A DNA stretch of 64,000 bases from Octopus sinensis (taxonomy: Eukaryota): NCBI RefSeq assembly GCF_006345805.1, contig NC_042998.1, positions 78,058,001-78,122,000 on the forward strand, written 5' to 3'. A program made the position numbers and the translations under genes. Under the pieces are notes generated by a model, which was not told the DNA's origin, did not search any database, and saw only the letters and a list, made by a program, of their open reading frames with translations. This document shows, piece after piece, positions 12,745-26,795 of this stretch; the stretch's first letter is position 1; the number at the start of each line of letters is the position of its first letter.

Positions 12745-15700
12745 TTTATTCACCACAGGGCGCTAAACAAGTAGACACAAAGGAATTAAGTCAATTACAT
12801 CGACCGCAGTGCGTACTTATTTAATCGACACCGAAAGGCAAAGTCAACCTCGGCGAAATTTTAACTACGGAGGTAAAGACAGACGAAATACCAATTTCTT
12901 TATTATCCACAGGGGGACTAACACAGAAATGGACAAAACTACTGATTGGGACCAGTAATATGATTTTACATAAAATATGTATATAAAAATTATATAAAAT
13001 ATAAAGAAATCGAATGAAATTAACAATACAGAGACAACACAAATGTAGCAATGATCAGTCCACGCTCCGACCCCAGAAGCCCCGATCTATCGCTGGTACC
13101 TTTATTTTGTTCTTCTTTTATAGCCTATTCACACGGTTCCTTGCACGCACAACACTTGTACAACATGCTTCCATCTCTTTTTGAACATACCCTCCGACAG
13201 ACACCTCTTCTCCAGCCACACCTTCCTTTTCAAATGAAAGGTAAAATATAATAGTAAATCGTGTCCGGATATAAAGTTGCCTCTCTTAATCCCTTTTATT
13301 CTAGTCTTCCATACTGCCTCTTTCGCTATTGCTACAACCGTGAGAAAACAATTCTTATTTTCGTTTATTAAAACTTCCGGTGAGTCAATTTTTATAATTG
13401 ACTCAGTTGACAGCGTACTCATCTTTCGTCGGACAACAGGTGTTCAGCACAAACCCACATTTCAAATATCTCCGGACACTGGACAATAGCGTGAGGGACG
13501 GTTTCCCTGTCAACTCACGCATCTTGGACAGGTCGGAGACTGAGGCTTACCATGACTTATCCCAATCGAGCAAGGCACCTCTGTAACATTACCAGGTCAA
13601 GGACTTTTGGAAAGTGTCCAACGCTCTCAACACGAATGTACGATGCAACAGGCTGTCCAGTTGAATTTACCCGAGACCTAGATTCGCCCCCAGGCCATCG
13701 TCACATTCAGACTCTACCAACCCACTATACAAAATTCGTGTAGAACCACAGCTGGCGTTGACCGAGCGCCGGAATAGCAGGAGGACCTTTCGTCACTCTT
13801 TATGCCATTCACTCGACCTCGGTCTACGAAAACACCAGGCTTCCTGTTCGCAAAAACTTTTGAACTCGGGGAACATTTGCCTGGGCAGCAGAGACTACAA
13901 CCGTTCACCATCCAGGAGAATCAAGAGTTGCCTCAACCTCAACACGAGCGTGTGCCTCATTAACCAAGGCATCCCTAAACCTCCCTTTAACGGTTTTTGA
14001 CAACAGACAGAGCGTTACACAAATGGCGACTTGCCAAACCAGTTGCCGAGCTGAAGGCCGACCGACTTTTCCCGGTTAATCTTTGCTCCTGCCACCGTCT
14101 CGTAAACCTCAATAGCCTTACCCAATTCACGTAGGCGTGCTACTGTGGTTACGCTGATAGTGATATCGTCCGCGAAAGCTGTAACGAACTCCTCTAAAAC
14201 TGGTTCTCTCTGGATGCTACTCATCCTTCGCAGTAGGGGCTCAAGAGCCACCGCATACAAAAGTGGTGAGAGCGGACATCCTTGACGAACCGAGCGCCAC
14301 TCCAGAACGGCTTCGAAAGGAAACCGTTCACCCGAACTATCGAGTCAATTTTGTAATACAAAGCAATAAACCACCTGAGGAAGCCAGCACAGTCGCCAGT
14401 TATCGATGGTCAACCGTATGAAAAGCTTTAGACTGGTCCAAATGTACCAATGCTCCACTTTTGACAGATTTATAAACAACCCTGTCAATGGTATAGCGAA
14501 TAAGGTGGAGATAATCCTGAATGGTTCTGCTTGGGATAGCGCATGTCTGTACCTCCCTGACTATAACATTCGCGACACGCGCCAACCTTTTTGCTAAGAC
14601 CTTGACCAAAATCTTCACTTCTGCGTTTAACAGAGTGATGGGCCTGAAGTTATCTAAAACGTCCCCCTTGTCCGGATCCTTTCTGACCAACGTCACTACT
14701 CCCCGGCTCACAGATCTGGATATAAACCCATCTGTTGCCAGTTCGCGTACAGGTCAGCCGGTAGGTGCCCGAACAAGTCTAACATACATTTATATAGCTC
14801 GTACGGAAGACGTACCCACTTTACAGTCGACCATACCCTCCATCACCTCTACAGGCGTGATCGTCCCTTCGCAAGACTCCACATCCGGCCCCGAGAGGTA
14901 CGGTAGCTCGGCAAGAAAGTCCTCGAGGACTCCCCTACAATCAGGGCAGCCATAACCCCCGAACAGCTGGGCGAAGTACTCATGAAAGGCCTCACACATT
15001 TCCTCGGGTTCGTTTACCAAGACACCATTTTGATTCGTCAAAGACCGAATAGTAGAACTATTTCCTTGTCGAGCTTCCACCACTCCGGCCCATCCAGTGA
15101 TCTTGATTCCTTCACTTCTCATCGCATGTAACTTAGCTCTGGCAATACTTCTCAGTCAACTCCAGTCTCTTTACCTTCACTTGGCCCGCATTACCAGTCT
15201 TCCCGGCTTCTATTTCCTTAGCTAGATCATCTCTTATTTTACGTCCCGTCTCAGCTAAACGTATGCTAAACCTAATAGACTCATAATTTTACGGCTCTTT
15301 TTAGGGAGTACCACCATTTATTATTGATGATGGTACCTGTCAATGCCCTCTGAATTAACATCTCGATCCGCTTTCTGTACTCCTCAATCGCCAAAAGGGA
15401 CGTATTGAGTTTCCAGTAGCCAGATCCCTGTCTATGCAACTTATCTACTGTCATCTTACAGGTAACCATCATGTGATCACTGTGGCTGACTAGATAAATC
15501 TGTGGACACTTAGCCACGCACTTATTGGTTTTTCTAATTAAAACCCTATCTATATATATTCTGGAAAACCCGTCACTATTTGACCACGTCCACTGTGGAG
15601 TATTCGGGTGTTACAAACTATTTGGATCTGCCAGCTGAATGTGACTTAGCAGATCCTGTAAGCCTGGGTTATATTGTCTATTCATGTTCGAACCAACACC

Positions 15701-17720
15701 ATCTGTTTGTGCATCACAGATTGTGTAATGTATCCTATCAGTACTAGGGAATGCGACGTGGCCACGAACTTGCCCAGGTCACGAAAATATTCAGTTTGCG
15801 GGCCCATAATGTTGGGTGCATAAATTGCAACCAGCCTGATTATCTTGCCATAAATGAATGTGAGGTCGAGAACGACCAAACTGCCTTCTGGATCAGAAAA
15901 TATCAACTTTTTCTTGGCTACCCGGTTTCTTTTTAGTAGGACCAACACTCCACCCCACCTCCCGCCCGACTTGAAGAAACGTATTTCTAATAGCCGTTCA
16001 GGAGAAGGAGCAGATCTCTTGGCCCCTTCACCCGGGTTTCCGTTGCAACAATCACATCCAATTTTCTTGACCTGATGTCATTTAGGAAGCACCGTTGCTT
16101 CCAGCTAGACATCAGTCCACGAACATTTACACAACCAATGCGAATAGACATTGCTTACATATTTAATCCGGGGTTTCGTGTGGAGAGGGACTCTCCACCT
16201 TTTCTTGACATAGGGTCGGAGGTGCCAAGTCTTGAAAAATGGATTGATAAAAATCCAGTCTCATCATCGACACCGACTTTCTATATGTGTTAAGTAATAA
16301 ATTATGAGTCTTTTTATCCATTTCGTAGAACTCGTAGTTCTTATATTTATCAGAAAGTTCTGCAATCCAAGTGGCTGATTTTATCGCTTTTATTTCTCTT
16401 ATTAAATCTTCACTTTTGCTGTATAACGTGACTATCACTCTATCTTCTACTTCTTTACTTACTATATTTGTTTTCTCTCTTTTCACAATATTTTTTGGTC
16501 TTAGTTCGACCTATTTTTGTTGAATTGAGCTTTCCATTTTTCTCTTGTTGTTAGTTGCTTTCTTTTCTTCTGTTTTTCTCTCTTTCCTCCTTCCTCCTCA
16601 CCATCCTAATCTTCCTCGCTGTCTCAACAGTGTTTTTTTTATATGGCCAAGCTGGCCACACTGGACACATCGGGGTTTACGCCCCTCAACGAATACGTTA
16701 AGGAATTCATCCCCCATTTCTATTTTCTCCTGTAAGTGTTCTAAAATTGACTGTTCTGCTTGTATTAGGAGGTGAACCGTTTGTCCGGTCCAATAAGCCT
16801 TTTCTGTGATTGTAGCCTGAAGGAGAGTTATATTATCTTCCTTTTTTGCCAGGACTGCCACCATGAACCACATAGAGTCGACTTGAGTTGGGACCCTTGG
16901 TATACGTATCTTTGACGTCCTCATTCCCACATATATGGCAATTAAAACAACGTCCTCCGTTTCTAAAGATTTAACTGAGTGCATTTGTGCAGTTTCTATA
17001 TCTTTTAGTCGTACTTCGATAGTACCAAACATCTTCCCTCTGACTCGGTATGTGATATCGTGCCAGATGGGTTTCAAGCACTTCTCAGCTTTCTCTTCGC
17101 TCAATTTTTTCCCGTTTAGACAGTAAGATTTTTAAATAATTGGTTTTTTTTCTTTCTTCTAACATTAATAGTTCTTCCGGGGGTTGAACTTTCACAACAC
17201 CGTCTTCAATTGTTATCATATTTTTGTACTTTATCAGGTCATTTTTGTTTGTCGACAGCTGGCGGGTTCCACCTCCAACCGCCGACGCAAAACTTTTTTG
17301 TTTTATTTTCTTCTTTTTGAAGGCCTTTCGCGTCAATATTCCTCTTTACAACAGTACACATTGATGGTTCGGGAAATTCACTTTCAGAAGAATCCGAAAT
17401 ATCGCCAAATATTAAACTTTCAATCCTTTTTGCCTCCCTGTCGGTTGACGATTCTTCGCCTGACGAAGTTGCACTTTTCGGCATCTTGCCAGCAATTAAT
17501 GATTCCCCCACAGGGGAAAACACACGATAGTTTTCGAATGAAGACTATCACACAAATAATTATAACAGGAACAATAATTATAACAAGAAATAGCAAAAAA
17601 ACAGTCAATAGAAACTTGCACTTACTATACAGATGCACTCCAATAATAATTACCAATAAATCCAAACTCACACAGACGAAATACCACTATGCTAACGTTT
17701 GTGCCAGCTAGTCGCCTTAC
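12745..17720 (-). mobile_element. Group 2 SINE split by a LINE insertion (halves 12745-12892 and 17672-17720)
   Basis: The SINE sequence resumes after the LINE with duplicated acagacgaaatacc. Confidence 0.88.
12893..17671 (-). mobile_element. Full-length decayed Tx1/L1-clade LINE (ORF1 zinc knuckle; ORF2 APE endonuclease plus RT)
   Basis: ORF1 fragment with CVQCGQLGH; ORF2 start IGCVNVRGL, SHSDH..GYWKLNTSLL, NFRPITLLNAEVKI, LDQSKAF, AFADDIT; 14-bp TSD at 12879-12892 and 17672-17685. Confidence 0.93.
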
Positions 17721-18857
17721 GCTCATATATATTATTAGGGTGGCTATTTGCAATTTACAGCCGAAAGTCAAGAAGTATAGTCGTCACTAAAGTGACGGTG
17801 TGTGCTAGTGAACACCACCATCACTCTTATTTCAAGCAATGCTTGTGACGACCATACTTATATATATACACGCATACATATATTTCTCAGCAATGACTGA
17901 GTGCTAAAAAGTTTCTAGTTCTAAGGATATCGCGAAAGGCTTGGCTGGAGGCCTTCCGATATTGTTTTTGTTTTTTTTTAACAGGGTTTAGATTAACTGA
18001 AGGCCCACTGCAAGTGTGAGAATTTGAGAAGGAAATATCTCGAATAAAATTATAATTAACTGATCCTCCTGTATTTTCTTTTACCCAATGCCAGGAATCT
18101 TTCAGCACACCCTCCTATATACTGCTTCAATGAACCTGGAAATGCATCTCCCTTAATTTTCTTATTTCAAAATGTTCTCTTTCACTCATGAGTAAATTAA
18201 AAGTGTTGTTTCATTAAAATTACCGTATTGGTTATTATCAACATTAGAACCATTTTCTTTCACATCACTAATAAAATAGGTAAAGCTTATAAATATCAAG
18301 AATTCCGATTCTTCATTTCATTTTGAAGAAATCTCTTTCAAATGCTTTTAGAAGCTTTTAGGAATAACTTAAAGGGGTTACAATTGTTCGCCCAATGAAT
18401 ACGAGGAATTATATGTTAACGTTTCTTCGAGGCTACCTTCCTAAACAATAGAATCAAAGCAATTATGAGTGTCTGATTCAATTAGTGTCACTTGAGTTTG
18501 TCCAATATCTTTCACTTCATAATTTACAATATTCGTTATCTTCGTTTTTTTCCTTTTCTTTTTCTTTGTTCCTATTTGAACTGTTCTCATTTTTCCCTTT
18601 AGAATATTTCATATCCAATTAATAGTGTTGCAATAGTAACTGCAGTGGCGCTGGTGGTGGTATGAAGAGTAATAGAAGCAGTAACTAACATCAAATTACA
18701 CCATGATACATTGACTGCAGCTTTTCCCTGTGTATCTGGTGTCAATAAAAATTTGCACCAATCAAGAATAATGGTCAACAAAAATCTAGCGCCAATATTA
18801 ATTGAAAGATTTTGAGGAAATGTAAGGAAATATTTTTCATATCGTTTTCGTTGTTGC

Positions 18858-18907
<50 letters not shown>

Positions 18908-19790
18908 CAATGGCTAATGGCCTCTGGCTTAAAATCTGAAACAGAAGGGTTTATCATAGCAGCTCAAGATCAATGCCTACCAACAAGAAACTACTAGGCC
19001 AAAATATTAAAGAACAGCAGTAGCCCAACATGTCGTGTATGCCGACAACAAAATGAAACCATTGATCATGTTGTCTCCAAATGCAGTCTTCTAGCGCCTA
19101 CAGAGTACCTCAACAGGCATGATAGAGCTGCACAATATATTCACTGGGTAATTTGCAAAAACCTGGATTTGCCCCATGAAAAAAACTGGTGGGAACACAA
19201 TCCACCTCCAGTGCTTGAAAATGACCACATCTCACTCCTCTGGAACTTCACCATTCAAACTGACAGAAAGATAGATGAAAATAGGCCAGACATCATATTG
19301 AAAGACTTCAGACAAAGAACATGCCTCCTCATTGATATGACTGTCCCAATCGATATAAACGTATCTGTCAAGACCTACCAAAAACTGAGCAAATATAAAG
19401 ATCTTGAAATAGAAATCAGCAAAATGTGGAACCTGAAGACTAAAACAATACCTGTTGTCATAGGTGCCCTGGGAATGATAGCGAAAGGGACTGATTGCTA
19501 CCTAACTCAGATACCAGGAAACCCCAAAATGGCAGAAATTCAAAAGATAGTGCTCATGGGAACTGCTCATATCCTACGCAAAATACTCTCTATGTAATCC
19601 CAAGGTTTAAAACAAACTTTTTTTTTTAATTTATGTATTAGATATTCACTAGTACAACACCAAAAAAAACAAACAAATATATGGCACACTAGGCATAACA
19701 ACAACGTGAACTTCCAACCTGTTGTCTCTTGAGGTCTCTGAGTGAGACTTGGAGCCAACTTGTACAGACATAAAGCAAAAGTCAAACATA
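18908..19790 (+). mobile_element. 5'-truncated R4/Dong-like LINE (family B) in (TAA)n
   Basis: GLKSETEGFIIAAQDQ, zinc-finger-like CRVC..ETIDH, REL endonuclease NRPDI...KLSKYKDL (ORF 19169-19597); (AAT)n flanks. Confidence 0.92.
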
Positions 19791-20000
19791 GAATAATAAT
19801 AATAATGATAATAATAATGATTATTATTAAGTAACAGTCATGTACACAACTTGGACGGACACATACCAGTACAGGGACATACGTTCACATACACATACAC
19901 ATGTATACATTCCCACAGACGCGTCTGCCCATTCTCCTAGACACTCACATACATATGTAGCACACGAGTACAAACATACATATATACCTACGTTTGAGCA

Positions 20001-20054
<54 letters not shown>

Positions 20055-20056
20055 GT

Positions 20057-20515
20057 AAGGCAGCGAGCTGGCAGAATCGTTGGCACGCTGGATGAGATGC
20101 TTAGCAGTATTTCGCCCGTCCTTACATTCTGAGTTCAAATTCTGCCGAAAATGACTTTGCCTTTCATCCTTTCGGGGTCGATAAATTAGGTACCAATCAA
20201 GTACTGGGCTCAATGCGATCGATTCTGATTTCAAATTCCACCGAGGTTGACTTGGCCTTTCATCCTTTCGAGATCGATAAATTAAGTACCAGTTGAGTAC
20301 TAGGGTCGTTCTAATCGACTGCCCCTTCCCCCAAAATTTCGGACCTTGTGCCTCGAGCAGAAAAAATTATTATTAATTTTCAATTGCCGCCGAGGTCGAC
20401 TTTGCCTCACTTGCTGTCGGAGTCGGTAAAATAAGTACCAGTTGAGCACTGGGGTCGATTTAATCGATTGATATCTTCCTCCGAAATTGCTTGCCATGTA
20501 TCAAAATTTGAAACT
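20057..20515 (+). mobile_element. Cluster of about three group 2 SINE units
   Basis: Repeated Meta-like core gactttgcctttcatcctttcggggtcgataaa. Confidence 0.85.
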
Positions 20516-20560
20516 ATTATTATTATTAATATTATAATTATTATTATTATTATTATTATT

Positions 20561-21115
20561 GAGTGAGAGAGCAGTGCATGCCATCAAAGTGACACTGGGG
20601 TAAAATATACGAAGCCCAGTATAACAATCATGACTTCCCGTCTGGTAAGGGTACACCAGACACATGCATCACAACCATATGTGCGTGACATGGAGATCTC
20701 ATATCAAGATAAACAGCACATGACCTTGCAGGTGGGGCCCAGTTAGAATTTTCTCCTGGTCGAGTAACCCATCCTGCTCAAAAGATCTCTGAATAAGGAT
20801 TGTTTAAGGATGTTAACGAAACACCCGTTTCCTGAGGGGAATTATTCAAACCCCAAAGAATCCCTCTCAACACATGGCTATGATGTTCCCCCACTACTTC
20901 TGCTCGTGATCAGAGATGCACATATCGTCAGTCACTAAGGGACCAGCTCAACTGGTTAAGGTCAAACAACTGACAAGCAAATATGTGGTATTGAGCAGAA
21001 TATTTGCTGTAGCCCATCTTTTATGCCAAGACGAAACAATGTACATGATAACATTTCCAATTAGTTAAGATCAGAAGCTACGAGTGCCACTGCCTGGTAC
21101 TGTACCATGGCATTT
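20561..21115 (-). mobile_element. About 558-bp non-coding element adjoining (TAA)n (copy 1, diverged); strand inferred
   Basis: Same ends and colinear sequence as 41546-42103 and 43696-44253. Confidence 0.85.
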
Positions 21116-21212
21116 TGTTAGTGTATACACGGAGTTGTTCAACACCCCACTTGTCCCTTGTATTGTATCGTCCCTATTTGTTTTTGCGCTCGACCCTTGT
21201 GGCCAATAAAGA

Positions 21213-21215
<3 letters not shown>
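21116..21215 (+). mobile_element. Short Tx1-type 3' tail fragment
   Basis: ttgtccc...cccttgtggccaataaagaaa resembles the LINE 3' end at 12893-12945. Confidence 0.55.
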
Positions 21216-21249
<34 letters not shown>

Positions 21250-21439
21250 GTCATTATCATTATTATTATTATCATTATTATCATCATCATCATTATTATT
21301 ATTTACTGCAAAGTTAGACTGACGTGTTTCTGAAGGCTCGAAGTAAATTCTCATTAATTTCGTTGCATACATCCATTTGGTGATGTTTGTTTGAAATTTT
21401 AAACCCAAATTATTACTGAAACCCCAAGGAACCCGTTGC

Positions 21440-22020
21440 CAATCAATTAGATCGACCCCTGTACGCAACAGGTACTTAATTTATCGACTCCGAAAGGATG
21501 AAAGGCAAAGTCGTCCTTGGCGGAATTTGAACTCATAACGTAACACAATTGTTTGTCAAGCGATATATGATTGTTATTCTGACTCACGCTGCAATCTGCT
21601 CTAAGGACAGCGGATAGTCAAAATCATTAGGGTATTGGGACAAAATTCCTTGCAATATTTGTTCCGGTTCAAAGACGGTGAACTGGCAGAAATATTAGAA
21701 CGCTGGGCAAAATGCTTAGCGGTATTTCTTTACGTTCTGAGTTCAAATGCCGCTGAGGTTGACTTTACCTTTCATCATATCGGGGTCGATAAATTAAGTA
21801 CCAATTGCGTATTGGGATCGATCTAATCGACTGGCCCCCTCCCCCAAAATTTCGGGCCTTGTGCCTAGAATAGAAAAGAATATTTTCTTCGGCTCTTTAC
21901 GATCCACAATCAAATCCTGCCGATGTCAACCTATTTTCCTCCAGTAGGATCGTTAAAATAAGTACATCCCACATAACGAGATCAATATAATTGACTACTC
22001 CTTCCCCACTCAAATTTTCT
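21440..22020. mobile_element. Group 2 SINE copies (21440-21545 minus; 21670-21880 plus; decayed 21880-22020 plus)
   Basis: Matches to the group 2 core. Confidence 0.8.
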
Positions 22021-24077
22021 ACTATTATAAAGGTGACTAATATTGTACAGAAGTGGCTGGCAGAATTGTTTTACCAAAGGAAATAAATTATGCGATTTAT
22101 TTAGGACTGTTAAAATTTTGACCTAAGTACCGTGAACTTCCGAGGCAATTTTAATCAATTGGGGTCTTTTGCAAATTGGCATAAAAAGCATACAACTTAC
22201 ATCTACTTATGAAACATGGTTTTTCTATTGCTTTGGTTTTGTTTTATTAGTTTGTTATTTCTGTATATATGAACCATTATTTTAATTCTCATTTTCATCT
22301 TAATTTTTTTTTAAATCCTGTTATATATTTTCATTCACTACATTATGTATACAAGCCTCTTCAACTATCAACATGTTTTGATTTTCATTTAATTTCTTGA
22401 AACAAAAGCTCGCTTTTCATTTTTATTTCTTTAGTGATTCTGGTTTATTTATTTATTTGTATTTGTTTAACTCAACGGCCTGGAAGGAATGATGTAAATT
22501 AGCTCTAATACAAAATGACAGCTTTTCATCAAGCATTATATGCAATAGCTTTGTCAGACCAACTATAGAACAAAAAAAGCATGCAAATACAGACGCATCT
22601 ATCCATCCAGGTAGCCATTCAAACACACAGATATATCTACACTACTCATAGGCACACATGACGACATTAATAAACACTTAAATCCACAGACATACTAGAT
22701 CCAATTTCCTCTCCCTGTATTTCTGTAGAACGTCGAGGTGGACTAAAACAGTGGAACGTCTTATTAAATAAATGCTTTTCAGTATTAAGTTTCTTCGCTC
22801 CTCGTTATTCATCGTCGCACTTTGTCACACTTCGTTCGCAATTCAAATGCCAATTACGCAACATCGCCTTCCATTCCTTCTAGATCTATGAAATAAATAC
22901 CAAGTATATACTAAGAATCAATTTGATCTGCTATACCCACACTGCCATTGAAAAGTTTTGTCTTTGGACCATGTAAACCAGAATTAGTATTTTGCAGCAA
23001 CCTGTTCCTCATCTATAACTGTTTTCATTATTTGAAATGTCTTTTAAACCCTATAACCTACTTTTAGCCATGTTCCTCCAATTTTTACAGTTTTATAAGA
23101 TCAGTACAGGATTTGATGTTTAAATGCAGTGGAAGAAAGATAAATCAATCCCTTTAACGAATGCAAACCTATCTAGCATTTGTAACCCTTTTGATATGTG
23201 TTTATACGGATAATAGATTTTTCGGAAAACTTTCCTCATCGTGAGTACGTTTGTCAATACAATGTTTCGATCAGTAGGCCTTTAATCGTCTCCAGGTGTT
23301 ATTCATTTATTTTGTCAACTAAATCTGTTTTACCAGCAGCTTTACTGTCGCTAAATATAAGTTTTGTTATTTTAATGCACTTCTTCATTACATTGAAATT
23401 TTCTTCGTATTTCTAGAGCTGGGTTCCGATTAAATGGAGAAGATATTGAAGTCATATTTCAAAAACACAGTACACCGAAGATTAGGAAATGTTTACTCTT
23501 ATTTACTGGAAAATTAGCTGTCTGTGTATGACAGAAGATGGTCTCTCTCTTTACAATATGGTACCGGATAGAATTTCAAAGGTCAATTAAGTTGTTATAT
23601 GATTGATTGCACTGCTTTCTCTTACCTCTTGAGAAGAGTATCATTCACGAATACAGTGTCCGTTTCCTGAAGTTGTATCAAGATTCCCAGTGAAGTATGT
23701 GAACAATATTTTAACCCTGCGAACTGTCTATGATTGGATTGAAAATAAATCAATGACTAACCCCCACCAAACCCACACAAACACACAAGTGGGTGAACAA
23801 CCGAACGGAAGAAGCACTCAACAAATAGTTGAGTAACATGCTGACTTAGTTTTACATGTTACGTAAAATTTAGTAGAAAATGAAAACATGACCACCTCCT
23901 CGGATAGATGAAGCCTAGGTGAAGAAAAAACATGATAACTTCTTTCTTAATACGTGAATGTGTAGTGATAACTTAGCGACAATAGATTTAACGTTCCAAA
24001 TAGAACGTGGAGCATCTGTTGTCGCTAAGATATCACTATACCTATCGGACGTAAACATCCCCTATAACATAGGTGCC

Positions 24078-24310
24078 TATTTCATTACTACCCACAAGGG
24101 GCTAAACACAGAGAGGACAAACAAGGACAGACAAACGGATTAAGTCGATTATATCGACCCCAGTGCGTAACTGGTACTTATTTAATCGACCCCGAAAGGA
24201 TGAAAGGCAAAGTCGACCTCGGCGGAATTTGAACTCAGAACGCTACGGCAGACGAAATACCACTAAGCATTTCGCCCGGCGTGCTAACGATTCTGCCAGC
24301 TCGCCGCCTT
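24078..24310 (-). mobile_element. Full-length group 2 SINE with Tx1-type tail
   Basis: 16-bp TSD ctataacataggtgcc at 24062-24077 and 24311-24326. Confidence 0.95.
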
Positions 24311-24441
24311 CTATAACATAGGTGCCATTCCGTACTTCTCAGTGACTTACAGTATATACAGTATTTTGTTTTGGTTCTGTATTTTCTGATATACTGAAGA
24401 TACTTCCCGCATTGTGTGCAGTGCAGTGTAATGTCCTCTCT

Positions 24442-24481
<40 letters not shown>

Positions 24482-24526
24482 CTTCTCTCTCCCTCTCTCT
24501 CACCCTCTCTCCCTCCCTCTCCTTCC

Positions 24527-24557
<31 letters not shown>

Positions 24558-24679
24558 GTATGTTGTACTTTGTTGTTTGTCGGTTATGTAACTCTCTTCT
24601 TTTTAAAAATAAATATTTCTAACACACCTAATATCAAACATCATCCAACTGAATTTCTTGATTGATTAAAATTATCTCA

Positions 24680-25200
24680 GCCTCTTGGGAATGTGTCACA
24701 ATTACCAAATGGCAAGTGAGACCAGCTCCACGTGAGAAGGAGAGATAACCACAAGAATCAAGTACTCTTCATAGTTAACATGCCATATAGGAAAAAGACA
24801 GCCTTATTATCTACAAATAAGAGGGTAGTCGTGGGCAAGTATTTCTGCCTCGAATGTCTTCATGGGCATCACAATTGCCCAACCTTATTTTCAGTAGCCG
24901 AAATACTTAAGCATATCAAAAAGAACTGAACAAATTTATGGCCTGAGTAATTTGCATAAAAGAGATGAGCAAAAAATTCAGAGTGGCCAGTGGAAAGTAT
25001 CTGCTTCTGTTTTTGACGCTCTTTTATGAGTTACTTCCATTTCTCCAATTTTAAATCATCAGGTGGGGCTGACAATTCAATTAGGAAAAACTTTATTTCA
25101 TTGATAACCTTGGAAATAACATTTGTCAACTATCCTTAATCCCTCTATGTACAACAGCAAATCTAACTATATGGTCGGTCTGTCCTTCTCGAAGACCATT
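24680..25200 (-). mobile_element. Highly decayed L1-clade RT fragment
   Basis: Remnants NGLREG..LLLYIEGL, AHLFYAN (cf. SHLFYADD), LPTT, SRGAGLT (cf. LSRGGRLTL). Confidence 0.55.
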
Positions 25201-25394
25201 TCTGGTTCATTCATAAGCAATCTTTCTGTTGAGAGATTTGCCAGCTATTTCTAGGAGTGGTGCAACGATGTAGTAACCCCTTCCTATGCTCTTGCTCTCT
25301 GGTTCATATTAGTGCACAATTGGTGTTTTATAGGATTCTTTTGGTAGTCATGTCTTCGGTGTTATCATTTTGTTATTTTGAGATTTGTTTTATA

Positions 25395-25795
25395 GGAATG
25401 GCTGTGTGGTAAGAAGCTTACTTCCCAACCATATGGTTCCAGGTTCATTTACAGTGCGTTGCACCTTGAACCGACGCAAGCGTTGTGAGTGGATTTGGTA
25501 GACGGAAACTGAAGGAAGCTCGCCTTATGTATATGTGTGTGTGTTTGTGTATGTGTGTGTGTGTGTTTGTGTGTGCTTGTGTGTATGTGTGTGTGCTTGT
25601 GTATGCTTGTGTCTGACCCCACCACTGCTTGGCAACCGCTGTCAGTGTATTTCAATCCCCATAACTTAGTGGTTCGGCGAACGAAACCGATAAAATAAGG
25701 GCCGGGCTTTAAAAATTTGTTAAAAGTATTGATCGATTCATCCCACTAAAATTCTCAAAGTGGTGCCCCAGCATGGCCCCAGTCTAGGTTATTGT
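25395..25795 (+). mobile_element. Group 1 SINE
   Basis: tggctgtgtggtaagaag head, gtgagtggatttggtagacgg, (TG)n, tail gtgccccagcatggcc. Confidence 0.85.
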
Positions 25796-26742
25796 CTAGT
25801 TACTGATCACCTGAAATTCGGCAAACCTAGGTCTACAAGAATTATACGTTATACGTTTTGTCCTGTTTACATGTATTTAATGTTTACATGTATTAATTTA
25901 CATGTAATACATTTTAAACCGAAGTCGTATGATTTCAATGAAACTTTGCTGTTATTTCTAGCAGACCATGCGGTTTTGTATTTCCTTGGAACTTTCTTTG
26001 ATTTCAGCCTCTAAATATCGCTTTATATAAGTGTTTTGATTCATGTATCTCTTCGTAATGTGGCTTTCATAACTTTGCTGAACTTTCATTCATTTTAACA
26101 TAATCCAAGAGAATTTGTAGACGTCAATATGTTTAGATTTTGATAAGGTGAGAAGTCTGAGTTGTTGAATTAAGAATCATCGAAGGTCCTTTATCCGAAT
26201 TTTCTGATCGCTCAACTTTTTTGGATAACAAAAATTACTCACGCTCACACTCATTCTTACCTCTAGGATTCTGAATCCAAAGTCTATGAAATATGACTCG
26301 GTCAAATTGTGATGTTGATATAATTGGCTATAGGCTGTAACATGATTTGTAGCGGTGTGCTCGTGTTACAAATTATTTTTAAGTCAATTATTAAGACACG
26401 TATGTCAATCAGTAAAACACTCATGGCTTTGTCTTGCAAAATTACGTCCTTCAATCTTTTTTATATATATTGATGCTCAGCCTACGCTGTCAACTTAAAG
26501 TCAACACTTAATATACGCAATGTGTATTAAGAAAATATTGTGATACAAATTGGCCTACTGTTCTGCTATTCAACGTCTCACGACATACATTCATTTTGAC
26601 AGATCTGAAACAATACGCTTTCTTCTTCATTGCTGCCAGGAACAATTTAACATCAGATAGTTGTCAAGGTCAAGATGAAAATGGAAAATAGCCACCAGGA
26701 AATTAAGAAGAAAAAAAAAAGTGTGATGAGGACGACGACATC

Positions 26743-26795
26743 GAAGAAGAAGAAGAAGAAGAAGAAGAAGAAGAAGAAGAAGAAGAAGAAGAAGA
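26743..26795. repeat. (GAA)n microsatellite
   Basis: Direct inspection. Confidence 0.95.

Noticed and set aside
23150-23420. Minus-strand LIFSDSKAAGKTDLV, reminiscent of a P-loop (RNF213-like)
   Set aside because: Multiple stops and only a few matching residues; cannot be supported without a search.
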